A DNA stretch of 64,000 bases from Macrostomum lignano. Lineage: Eukaryota. Below, in pieces: positions 1 through 35,700 of the stretch (position 1 is its first letter; each line of letters opens with the position of its first letter). The position numbers and the translations under genes are program-made. The stretch lies in the NCBI GenBank assembly GCA_002269645.1, contig NIVC01001286.1, positions 118,793 through 182,792 on the forward strand, in the 5' to 3' direction. The notes under the pieces were generated by a model, which was not told the DNA's origin, did not search any database, and saw only the letters and a program-made list of their open reading frames with translations.

Positions 1-23395
<23,395 letters not shown>

Positions 23396-23539
23396 GGCTG
23401 CCAAGGTTTGAGTAAAAAGGTTGATGAGGATTCTGATTCTGGTTAATTGCTGAGTTGTTCGAGTTTTCTTTGGATTGAATGGAAAGAATTAATTTTCCAT
23501 ATATACAGGTACTTGCTAGATAAGATGCACTGCTGAGCA

Positions 23540-24175
23540 ACTGGGCCGCTATCTAAGCATCTGAGCCGCTATCTAAGCATCTGAGCCGCTATGAAAGCAT
23601 CTAAGCCGCTATCTAAGCATCTGAGCCGCTATCTAAGCATCTGAGCCGCTATGAAAGCATCTAAGCCGCTATCTAAGCATCTGAGCCGCTATCTAAGCAT
23701 CTGAGCCGCTATCTAAGCATCTGAGCCGCTATGAAAGCATCTAAGCCGCTATCTAAGCATCTGAGCCGCTATCTAAGCATCTGAGCCGCTATCTAAGCAT
23801 CTGAGCCGCTATCTAAGCATCTGAGCCGCTATCTAAGCATCTGGGCCGCTATCTAAGCATCTGAGCCGCTATCTAATCATCTGAGCCGCTATCTAAGCAT
23901 CTGAGCCGCTATCTAATCATCTGAGCCGCTATCTAGGCATCTGAGCCGCTATCTAAGCATCTGAGCCGCTATCTAATCATCTGAGCCGCTATCTAAGCAT
24001 CTGAGCCGCTATCTAATCATCTGAGCCGCTATCTAAGCATCTGAGCCGCTATCTAATCATCTGAGCCGCTATCTAGGCATCTGAGCCGCTATCTAAACAT
24101 CTGAGCCGCTATCTAAGCATCTGAGCCGCTATCTAAGCATCTGAGCCGCTATCTAAGCATCTGGGCTGCTATCTT
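23540..24175. repeat. 20-bp minisatellite (GAGCCGCTATCTAAGCATCT)
   Basis: About 31 units between the JmjC stop and the APCDD1 start. Confidence 0.95.
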
Positions 24176-24757
24176 TAAGTTTAAATGTAACTTACCAGCT
24201 TTCTTGACAAGAGCCTTGGCTGAATTCAATGTACATGTATAATATAAAAGCAACACAGAACACGGAACCCTTTAGTTCGGTTGGCGTTTTCCACTTGATT
24301 CTGTTTCAATAAATGGACACAAAAACAGTTTTAACCCTTTGGTTGGGATCATGCAGTCTCGTTGTTTATTGGCCAGCATGACTTGTCCGCCCCACTGACC
24401 AATGAGAAACCGGAGAGCAATATAGAATGTTAGATAATCGCTACTTTCTACTTTAAGTAGAGTAGTTTTAATATAAAACAAGAGTAGCGAAAAACATAAA
24501 TTCGACTTGTAATATGAACATTTCTTAGTTTTATGACTTTCGAATGTGTATTTTTAACCGAAAAATTAATAACTGTTTTTTGATATTAATAGTTGTGATG
24601 AGAAATGAATTAAGTGTTAATTGGTTAAATATATATTTGTATAGTTTATTGAGTTATATAGTTTATTGTTAGTTTTATTGAGATTTTCATGTCAATCCTT
24701 CATCATCAGTAGTAGCACCTAGCTTAAATTCCAGCATCTCAGTGCAGCTTCATCAGT

Positions 24758-24983
24758 TCAGTCGTACTCGGAACCAATTGTGGCGCTGAAATCGCCCGGA
24801 TATACGTAGGTGGCGTGGTACCAGCGGTTGGTGTCGATGTTGACTGCGAATGTAAGGGATAAGATATGAATGAGTGTAAGACCTAATTATACGTGTAATA
24901 GTGTACCTCAATCAATTAAACAATCAATCAATCAATCAGTCAATCAATCAATCAGTCAATCAATCAATCAATCAATCAGTCAG

Positions 24984-25034
<51 letters not shown>

Positions 25035-25035
25035 G

Positions 25036-25082
<47 letters not shown>

Positions 25083-25187
25083 GTCAATCAATCAATCAAT
25101 CAATCAATCAAGGAATCAAGCAAGGAGCCAGTCAAACAATCAATCAATCAGTCAGTCAATCAATCAATCAATCAATCAATCAGTCAG

Positions 25188-25234
<47 letters not shown>

Positions 25235-25427
25235 GTCAATCAATCAAGGAATCAAGCAAGGAGCCAGTCAAACAATCAATCAATCAGTCAGTCAGTCAGT
25301 CAGTCAATCAGTCAGTCAATCAGTCAGTCAGTCAGTCAGTCAATCAGTCAGTCAATCAGTCAGTCAGTCAGTCAGTCAATCAGTCAGTCAATCAGTCAGT
25401 CAATCAATCAATCAATTAATCAATCAG

Positions 25428-25494
<67 letters not shown>

Positions 25495-25499
25495 GTCAG

Positions 25500-25535
<36 letters not shown>

Positions 25536-25579
25536 GGAATCAAGCAAGGAGCCAGTCAATCAATCAATCAATCAATCAG

Positions 25580-25615
<36 letters not shown>

Positions 25616-25635
25616 GGAATCAAGCAAGGAGCCAG

Positions 25636-25683
<48 letters not shown>

Positions 25684-28324
25684 GGAATCAAGCAAGGAGC
25701 CAGTCAAACAATCAATCAATCAGTCAGTCAATCAATCAATCAAACAATCAAACAATCAAGCAATCAAGCAATCAATCAATCAATTTATCAATTTTTCAAA
25801 GAAACCATCAAGGAATAATTCATTCAATAAGTTTTTTAATTAAATATTCAGTGAATCAATCAGTTAATCAATAAATCAAGCAATTAATCAACAAATTCAA
25901 CTTAAAAGCTGATTCTCTATCAGTCAACTCTATCCTGATATATCTTTAATTTCTCAAAACCATTACAATCCCGCTTACGTATGTCTCCGGCATGCACCGT
26001 GATGTTGAAGGAGTGACAGACGCTCGCGCACTCCGGCGAAGGCACCACCTCCCAGATTTTGCGGCCCTTGATCTGCGCTTGCCACGAGGGACGGGACACA
26101 TAGTCGATCTGAAATGTTTAAAAGATTATGTTCGTAAATTGCGAGTTCTTTTCGTTGAATATGGGAGTTTTGGGAGTAGGTTTGTGGCTATAGAGACTGG
26201 GGTTGTGGCTACAGAGACTGGGGTTGTGGCTACAGAGACCGGGGTTGTGGCTACAGAGACTGGGGCTGTGGCTACAGAGACTGGGGTTGTGGCTACAGAG
26301 ACTGGGGTTGTAGCTACAGAGACTGGGCTGTGGCTACAGAGACTGGGGCTGTGGCTACAGAGACTGGGGCTGTGGCTACAGAGACTGGGGTTGTGGCTAC
26401 AGAGACTGGGGTTGTGGCTACAGAGACTGGGGTTGTAGCTACAGAGACTGGGGTTGTGGCTACAGAGACTGGGGTTGTGGCTACAGAGACTGGGGTTGTG
26501 GCTACAGAGACTGGGGCTGTGGCTACAGAGACTGGGGCTGTGGCTACAGAGACTGGGGCTGTGGCTACAGAGACTGGGGCTGTGGCTACAGAGACTGGGG
26601 TTGTGGCTACAGAGACTGGGGTTGTGGCTACAGAGACTGGGGTTGTGGCTACAGAGACTGGGGCTGTGGCTACAGAGACTGGGGCTGTGGCTACAGAGAC
26701 TGGGGCTGTGGCTACAGAGACTGGGGTTGTGGCTAGAGAGACTGGGGTTGTGGCTACAGAGACTGGGGCTGTGGCTACAGAGACTGGGGCTGTGGCTACA
26801 GAGACTGGGGTTGTGGCTAGAGAGACTGGGGTTGTGGCTACAGAGACTGGGGCTGTGGCTACAGAGACTGGGGCTGTGGCTACAGAGACTGGGGCTGTGG
26901 CTACAGAGACTGGGGCTGTGGCTACAGAGACTGGGGCTGTGGCTACAGAGACCGGGGTTGTGCCTACAGAGACTGGGGTGGTGGCTACAGAGACTGGGGT
27001 TGTTGCTACAGAGACTGGGTTTGTGCCTACAGAGACTGAAGTTGTGGCTACAGAGACTGGGGTTGTGGCTACAGAGACTGGGGTGGTGGCTACAGAGACT
27101 GGGGTTGTGGCTACAGAGACTGGGGTTGTGGCTACAGAGACTGGGGTTGTGGCTACAGAGACTGGGGTTGTGGCTACAGAGACTGGAGTTGTGGCTACAG
27201 AGACTGGGGTTGTGGCTACAGAGACTGGGGTGGTGGCTACAGAGACTGGGGTTGTGGCTACAGAGACTGGGGTGGTGGCTACAGAGACTGGGGTTGTTGC
27301 TACAGAGACTGGGTTTGTGCCTACAGAGACTGAAGTTGTGGCTACAGAGACTGGGGTTGTGGCTACAGAGACTGGGGTGGTGGCTACAGAGACTGGGGTT
27401 GTGGCTACAGAGACTGGGGTTGTGGCTACAGAGACTGGGGTTGTTGCTACAGAGACTGGGTTTGTGCCTACAGAGACTGAAGTTGTGGCTACAGAGACTG
27501 GGGTTGTGGCTACAGAGACTGGGGTGGTGGCTACAGAGACTGGGGTGGTGGCTACAGAGACTGGGGTTGTGGCTACAGAGACTGGGGTTGTGGCTACAGA
27601 GACTGGGTTTGTGCCTACAGAGACTGAAGTTGTGGCTACAGAGACTGGGGTTGTGGCTACAGAGACCGGGGTTGTGGCTACAGAGACTGGGGTTGTGCCT
27701 ACAGAGACTGGGGTTGTGGCTACAGAAACCGGGGTTGTGGGTACAGAGACTGGGGTTGTGGCTACAGAGACTGGGGTTGTGGCTACAGAGACTGGGGTTG
27801 TGGCTACAGAGACTGGAGTTGTGGCTACAGAGACTGGGGTTGTGGCTACAGAGACTGGAGTTGTGGCTACAGAGACTAGAGTTCACATTTGACTTCATCA
27901 AAACTCAAACTAAAACATGTTCAACACCCACGTGCAGCTGGGCGCCCTTCCTGGAGATGCCCATGAACATCCAGTCGATGCGGCTAGACTCAGCATCCTC
28001 AGGCAGGAAGTCCGGCCGGCTGTAGTACTGCCGCAGCTTCTGCCCGATCTCTTCGTCGGCGTTGCTCCAGCCGAAGTACCAGTCCTTCTGGCGGCGCTCC
28101 TCGCTCATGTGCAGCGCCTCCCGCAGAGTGCCGAACTCGGTTTTGTAGGCGAAGAACTGGCCCGCGTCGTCCTGCACCTTGTACGAGTCCGGCTTCGAGT
28201 CGTACAGGTTCTTGAAGAAGTCCAGGCTGAAGTTCTGCAGGGCGCGCCAGTCTTTGACCACGTTTTTGATGAGGACAGGACGGGCCGTGTAGGCGTATCT
28301 GCGGGGAGATGATAGATGACAGAC

Positions 28325-28417
<93 letters not shown>

Positions 28418-28418
28418 C

Positions 28419-28517
<99 letters not shown>

Positions 28518-28518
28518 C

Positions 28519-28595
<77 letters not shown>

Positions 28596-29118
28596 CAGAT
28601 AGATAGATAGGCAGAGCTACTCACTTCTTCAAGAACAGCTCTCTAGTCATATTGTACTCCACTGGCATCTCTCTCATATCTTTGCACATGTCGCAGTTCA
28701 CCGGGGCCCTCGACATCTCCATGATGAAGTCCTCAGCAGAGAGGAGGCAGCGCTGGTTCAGAGTGTCGGACACGAAGTCGGTCACGCTGAAGTAGTCGTT
28801 GCGGTGGCCGTGCACCAGCAGGCAGATGGTGAAGAAGGCCAGGAGATACCAGCCAGAAATCGCATCCAAGCCCAGCAGGCTTCTCAAGTTAAAATAACTC
28901 TTAGACGCTGGCTTCTTCGGTTTGAGTTCGCCAGATTTGAGTCGAGCCTCGGACCGTGCCAGCTGCACCCGAAGCAGGGCGTAGCGAGCCAGTTCCGCCG
29001 AGGACTTCTCGGAGCTCTCCGGATCGGCGGCGTTCTCCTTGGCCGAGCCATCTCGTACCGCCGCCACCAAGTCGTCGAGAAATTTTTGTTGGCGCTCGAT
29101 GTCGTTGCCAGTCGACAT
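24758..29118 (-). CDS. Membrane-anchored JmjC/cupin-fold 2-oxoglutarate/Fe(II) oxygenase-like protein, 358 aa. Exons 28625-29118, 27932-28298, 25979-26108, 24758-24843
   Basis: Four exons join in frame (1077 nt). TM segment WYLLAFFTICLLV, Cys motifs, YAYTARPVLIKN..DW, WYFGWSN, DWMFMG..GAQLHID (HxD), WQAQIKGRKIW, IDTNRWYHAT (distal His), C-terminus IGSEYD*. Pattern typical of invertebrate cupin_8/JmjC proteins. Confidence 0.88.
24905..25790. repeat. (CAAT)n/(CAGT)n compound microsatellite
   Basis: Fills JmjC intron 3; recurring interruption CAAGGAATCAAGCAAGGAGCCAGT. Confidence 0.96.
26180..27880. repeat. 21-bp minisatellite (GTGGCTACAGAGACTGGGG(T/C)T)
   Basis: About 80 units filling JmjC intron 2. 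Confidence 0.97.
28315..28610. repeat. (GATA)n microsatellite
   Basis: Fills JmjC intron 1. Confidence 0.97.
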
Positions 29119-29479
29119 GGTTGTTAGTGATTGACAGAGTTGCTCAGAAACTTATTAGAGGGGTGGAGCTGGTTGAGTAAACTCGTTTCAATCTCTCCCT
29201 TAAATACGCACACAGGCAGAGCGGCCTCATGGACCTCTCTTTCCGGTGTTGCCGAAAAAGCCGCTGCAGTTTGTGCAGTGGCTGCCTAATTAAAGAGGGT
29301 TGGCTGAGATAAGAGAGAAATGAAAGGAAAGGAAAGACAGGCCAGAGTTGAGCAATTCGCTGGCCAGGGATGCCTGATGTTAGAGTCTGGACTGGAAATT
29401 GAGCTGATCTGATTTACATTTCATTTTTTCTACAAAATTAAAATCATATTTACCTTAAATAGACAGGTAATACCCGAAA

Positions 29480-30975
29480 TATCAAACCCGAACTATTTTG
29501 GTTTTCGGAGTTATGATATTTCAGGTTTATGATGGGAAGTGCTTTCGGAGTTGTGATTTTTCGGGTTTCTGATATTTCGGGTTTATGATATTTTGGGTTT
29601 CTGATATTTCGGGTTTATGATGGGAAGTGCTTTCGGAGTTGTGATTTTTCGGGTTTTTGATAGCGACCCGGCACTGCAGTTAATACAAAACACGTGATTA
29701 TAACTTCTTTCGTTTAGAGTTTGAGAATGGTATATCGGCATAAAGTTTTAGCAAACTACTAAAATTAGCTCAGATATACCAGTCCCAGTCCAGGTGTCCA
29801 AGTTTAAGCGTCCCTGACCGCAAGAGCAGCAAATAATTGTCTATCTTGGCACGGCGGAGCCTGTTCTACTGCGAGTTGTCCGAGTGAGCGGAGAGACTCC
29901 AGTCATAAAATGACAGATGTGAGCACGTTTTCAACTCACCTCGTGCGCCTGTAATGCAGCTTTGAGAAGATAAACACAAACACACACACGGAGATAGTTT
30001 TGAGTTGGTTTTTGTGAGCGTGTGCGCATGCAAACTCGAGTTGCCAGTGGTGTCTGCAGTCAATGTACAGCTGAGCACAGCATGTAGTGCTCAATAGAAC
30101 TGCATTACTGTACAGCTTTAAAGTGTCTCGCACCATATTTGAGCCCTGCAAATACACACAATTTCACTCTAGACTTCATAAATGTCGGAGCGTATGTGTA
30201 AATAGCATGGACCCTTTACTCTAAAAGACCTATAGACTTGCGTGTAAATTTAATTCTCTTTGACATTGTGATGATCCCTTGGATACAATGTTGCCTTATC
30301 CAGTAATAATGCATATATTGATAACAAAACTAATTAAATTTCTAACATTTTAAGTTCAGAGCTTTAAGTTCACATCAGAAACACGAAATATCACAAACTC
30401 CAAAATATCACAACTCTGAAATATCACAACTTCAAACAGTCAAAAACCCGAAATATCACAACTTCGAACTGTCACAAACCCAAAATATCACAACTCCGAA
30501 CTGTCACAAACCCGAAATATCACAACTCCGAACTGTCACAAACCCGAAATATCACAACTCCGAACTGTCACAAAACCGAAATATCACAACTCCGAACTGT
30601 CACAAACCCGAAATATCACAACTCCGAACTGTCACAAACCCGAAATATCACAACTCCGAACTGTCACAAACCCGAAATATCACAGCTCCGAACTGTCACA
30701 AACCCGAAATATCACAACTCCGAAAGATCACCCGAAATATCACAACCTGAAAATATCGGAGACCCGAAATTTCACAAACCCGAAATATCACAAACCCGAA
30801 ATGTCCCCACACCCGAAATATCACAAACCCGAAAGATCACCCGAAATATCACAACTCCGAACTATCACACAAACACGAAATGTCATAAACCCGAAAATAT
30901 CGGAGACCCGAAATGTCACAAACCCGAAAATATCGGAGACCCGAAATATCACAACTCCGAAAACCAAAATATAGA
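29480..30975. mobile_element. Foldback-like element: inverted arms of CCCGAAATATCACAA(A/CT) repeats around ~700 bp of unique sequence
   Basis: Left CTATTTTGGTTTTCGGAGTT..(29483-29665) is the reverse complement of right ..AACTCCGAAAACCAAAATATAG (30380-30974). No clear TSD. Confidence 0.6.
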
Positions 30976-31509
30976 AATGCCCTATCTCCAACTTAACGAG
31001 CGATTCACGTTGGAAATTTTCTCGATACTAAATTGCAACCGAGAGGGCGAATATGCTCAAGGAACTGAGAATCCGCCGGAACGCTGTTGGTTGTTCAGGG
31101 TCTCATGCAGTGTCTCTTGAGAGCTGCAGGACGTGGTCGCGAAGACCTGGCAAGAAAAGAACCTGCATCAGCACCGGCCAGTGCACTCCAGTAGCCGACG
31201 TACATGTACAGTACATGCAGGAAGCGCTATATACAATGCACACCCAGCAACATGTCACAGAGTCCTCCCTGAAACCAGTTTATGAGAATTGCAAGAGTGG
31301 CAGATTTAATCCAACTTTAGCCATAACTCTCCACTCTCCTCACTAACCCACATGGCATCACCCGCAGTTGAGACGAGAACCGCGGGGCTGTTGTGTGAAT
31401 CGCGTCACACTTGTGACTGATTACTGAACTCTGAGAACAGTTGAAATTTTAACAAGTTGCTGAGTGTAATCCTTGGTTTATTAGTGATAATCAAATCTTC
31501 ACCCAGTAG

Positions 31510-32190
31510 TTCCTCAGTTCGGATAATCCCATCCTAAGATGGGATAATCTCATCTTCTCCCAGATCCTCAGGTGGGATAATCTCATCTCCCAGATCCTCA
31601 GGTGGGATAATCCTTCCCAGATCCTCAGGTGGGATAATCCTTCCAGATCCTCAGGTGGGATAATCCTTCCCAGATCCTCAGGTAGGATAATCATTCCCAG
31701 ATCCTCAGGTGGGATAATCCTTCCCAGATCCTCAGGTAGGAAATCCTTCCCAGATCCTCAGGTGGGATAATCCTTCCAGATCCTCAGGTGGGATAATCTT
31801 TCCCATATCTTCAGGTGGGATAACCCTTCCCAGATCCTCAGGTGGGATAATCCTTCAGAGATCCTAAGGTAGGATAATCATTCCCAGATCCTCATGTGGG
31901 ACAATCCTTCCAGATCCTCAGACGGGATAATCCTTCAGAGATCCTCAGGTAGGATAATCATTCTCAGATCCTCAGGTGGGATAATCCTTCCGAGATTTCC
32001 AGGTGGGATAATCATAACCTCCCCCAAATCCTCAGGTGGGATAATCATAACCTCCCCCAGATCCTTTGGTGGGACAATCACATCCTCAGATAGAACAATC
32101 ACATCCTCAGATGGGATAATCACATTATCAGGTTGGATAATCACATTATCAGATGGGATAATCACATTATCAGATGGGATAATCACACCG
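31510..32190. repeat. ~27-bp minisatellite (CCTTCCCAGATCCTCAGGTGGGATAAT)
   Basis: Downstream of the ATP6V1D stop; inverted partner at 33055-33670. Confidence 0.88.
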
Positions 32191-32729
32191 TTAATCTATG
32201 ATTATGAAATAAAAACGAAAAGATTTAAAGCAAACAGGAGTAAAATTCTAACAATATTTAATGATTACGCTAAGATGATGCGAGAATTGTATAATTATTT
32301 ATTGTGCTGGACAGCAACGATTCAAACAAACAATAAAACTGAAAAAAACTACCAAAGAATAATTCAGAATAACAATCTGCATTTATTGTGTCAAATTACT
32401 TAATCATCAATTTAAGCAACTGTGATCTGCTTAATTTAGTGTCACTAATAACCACAATGAATAGTTAATAAATCAAATAATTGACGAGCAATATAATACG
32501 AAATGAAAACGACAGAGATGGGCGAATAATTATAGCAATAACAACTATTGCAGTATATATTATGCATCAAGTATTTTTAAGTGTTATTTAACTTGGAACA
32601 GAAACAATTTTCATTTTGCATAATATATAATAAGATTCTTACTACTCTACTTCCAGTAGGCGACAATGTTTTTGTTACTTCCTATTTTTTCTCCATCGTC
32701 TGATGTGTGTATCAATCGAAGTCACTGAA

Positions 32730-35700
32730 CTAGTCATTAAACAGCAGGTCCTGGTCCACTTCCTTCTCCAACAGGCTGCCAGGGCCATCCAACAAATCCG
32801 CTCCTTTGGCTTTGGCCTCGGCCTCCTTCTTGGCGCGGTCCCTCTTCTTTTTCTCTTGCACTTTTTTTAGCCGGTAGAATTCTTCGCGTTCGCGCTCGTC
32901 CAACTCCTGGCTGATGTAAGTCAGCGTGTTCTCGATGCGCGGGATGATCACGTGCTCGATGGCGTTCACACGGCGGTTGGTCACCTGGATTTGTGTGTGT
33001 GAGTGTGACTAGCTGTCAATTTTGGGGATTGGTTACTACCGCTTTGGTTCACCGGAGGATGTGATTATCCCAACTGAATATGTGATTATCCCACATAAGA
33101 ATGATTATTCCACCTGAAGATCTGATTATCTCACCTGAGGATCTGATTCATGATCTGATCATCTGATGGATCTGAGGATCTGAGGATCTGATGTCCAAAC
33201 CGAATATGTGATTATCCCACCTAAGGGGATTATCTCACCTGAGAATATTATCCCAACTGAGGATCTGATTGTCACAACTGAGATTTCCCACCTGAGAATC
33301 TGATTATCCCCTTGAGGATCCGATTATCCCCCCGTGGATCTGATTATCTCACCTAAGGATCTGGGGAAGATTATCCCACCTGAGGATCTGAGGAGGAATA
33401 TCCCCACTGAGGATCTGAGGAGGAATATATCACAACTGAGGATCTGAGGAGGAATATTCCCGCTGGCGCTGAGGATCTGAGGAATATATCACAACTGAGG
33501 ATCTGAGGAGGAATATCCCCGCTGGCGCTGAGGATCTGAGGAATATATCACAACTGAGGATCTGAGGAGGAATATCCCCGCTGAGGATCTGAGGAGGAAT
33601 ATATCACAACTGAGGATCTGGGGACTGGGAGGATTATCCCACCTGAGGATCTGTCAAGGATTATCTTATCAGCTCATTCCACCCGAGAATCTGGCGGAGC
33701 ATGTGAAGTCCCACACACGATCAAGACAACCAATCAAACCTTGATAACTTCGTCCAGAGTGATAAACGAAGTCTGCAAAGAAGCCAGCTTAACCAGCAGA
33801 CGAACAGCTTTGGCGTAGTGCTTTTTTAGCGTGGCGATCTGCTGCCCGCCTCGCGCCAGTCCAGTCAGGTTGAAGGCGTCGCCGCCATCAGCGTATGGCT
33901 CGAATATTGGCAGCGTGACTCCGGCTATGTTGTCCTTGTTAGTCTTGATCTTGATCTGGGCTCTGGACACATTCTGCAGCACCGTGTGATTGATATTGTC
34001 ACCTGTGGCGAACTTCACCTCGGCAAGGGAGAAGGCCGCCTCCTTCATGGCATCGCCCATTACCTGCTTTGTCTGCAAATAGGCCAGACAAATGGGGATT
34101 TTAGTGGGTTTCATGGGATTTACCATGGGATTTATTGATGAGGATTTTAGTGGGCTTCATGAGATTTACCATGGGATTTATTGATGAGGATTTTAGTGGG
34201 CTTCATGAGATTTACCATGGGATTTATTGATGAGGATTTTAGTGGGCTTCATGAGATTTACCATGGGATTTATTGATGAGGATTTTAGTGGGCTTCATGA
34301 GATTTACCATGGGATTTATTGATGAGGATTTTAGTGGGCTTCATGAGATTTATCATGGGGATTATTGGTGAAGATTTTAGTGGGTTTCATGGGATTTATC
34401 ATGGGGATTATTGGTGAGGATTTCAGTGGGTTTCATGGGATTTATCATGGGGATTATTGGTGAGGATTTCAGTGGGTTTCATGGGATTTATCATGGGATT
34501 ATTGATGAAGATTTTAGTGGGTTTCATGGGATTTATCATGGGGATTATTGGTGAGGATTTCAGTGGGTTTCATGGGATTTATCATGGGGATTATTGATGA
34601 AGATTTTAGTGGGTTTCATGGGATTTATTATGGGATTTATTGATGAGGATTTTAGTGGGTTTCATGGGATTTACCATGGGATTTATTGATGAGGATTTTA
34701 GTGGGCTTCATGAGATTTACCATGGGATTTATTGATGAGGATTTTAGTGGGCTTCATGAGATTTACCATGGGATTTATTGATGAGGATTTTAGTGGGCTT
34801 CATGAGATTTACCATGGGATTTATTGATGAGGATTTTAGTGGGCTTCATGAGATTTACCATGGGATTTATTGATGAGGATTTTAGTGGGCTTCATGAGAT
34901 TTATCATGGGGATTATTGGTGAAGATTTTAGTGGGTTTCATGGGATTTATCATGGGGATTATTGGTGAGGATTTCAGTGGGTTTCATGGGATTTATCATG
35001 GGGATTATTGGTGAGGATTTCAGTGGGTTTCATGGGATTTATCATGGGATTATTGATGAAGATTTTAGTGGGTTTCATGGGATTTATCATGGGATTATTG
35101 GTGAGGATTTCAGTGGGTTTCATGGGATTTATCATGGGATTATTGATGAAGATTTTAGTGGGTTTCATGGGATTTATTATGGGATTTATTGATGAGGATT
35201 TTAGTGGGTTTCATGGGATTTACCATGGGATTTATTGATGAGGATTTTAGTGGGCTTCATGAGATTTACCATGGGATTTATTGATGAGGATTTTAGTGGG
35301 CTTCATGAGATTTACCATGGGATTTATTGATGAGGATTTTAGTGGGCTTCATGAGATTTACCATGGGATTTATTGATGAGGATTTTAGTGGGCTTCATGA
35401 GATTTATCATGGGGATTATTGGTGAAGATTTTAGTGGGTTTCATGGGATTTATCATGGGGATTATTGGTGAGGATTTCAGTGGGTTTCATGGGATTTATC
35501 ATGGGGATTATTGGTGAGGATTTCAGTGGGTTTCATGGGATTTATCATGGGATTATTGATGAAGATTTTAGTGGGTTTCATGGGATTTATCATGGGGATT
35601 ATTGGTGAGGATTTCAGTGGGTTTCATGGGATTTATCATGGGGATTATTGATGAAGATTTTAGTGGGTTTCATGGGATTTATTATGGGATTTATTGATGA

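Noticed and set aside
26126-28025. 520-591 aa ORFs on both strands, e.g. mucin-like (ATETGVV)n
   Set aside because: Stop-free frames of a 21-bp minisatellite lying within a GT-AG intron of the JmjC gene; no unique coding context.
24844-28624. Selection on array orientation to avoid AG/GT on the sense strand
   Set aside because: True for (TCTA)n and (ATTG)n but contradicted by the 21-mer and by (ACAG)n in APCDD1 intron 1.
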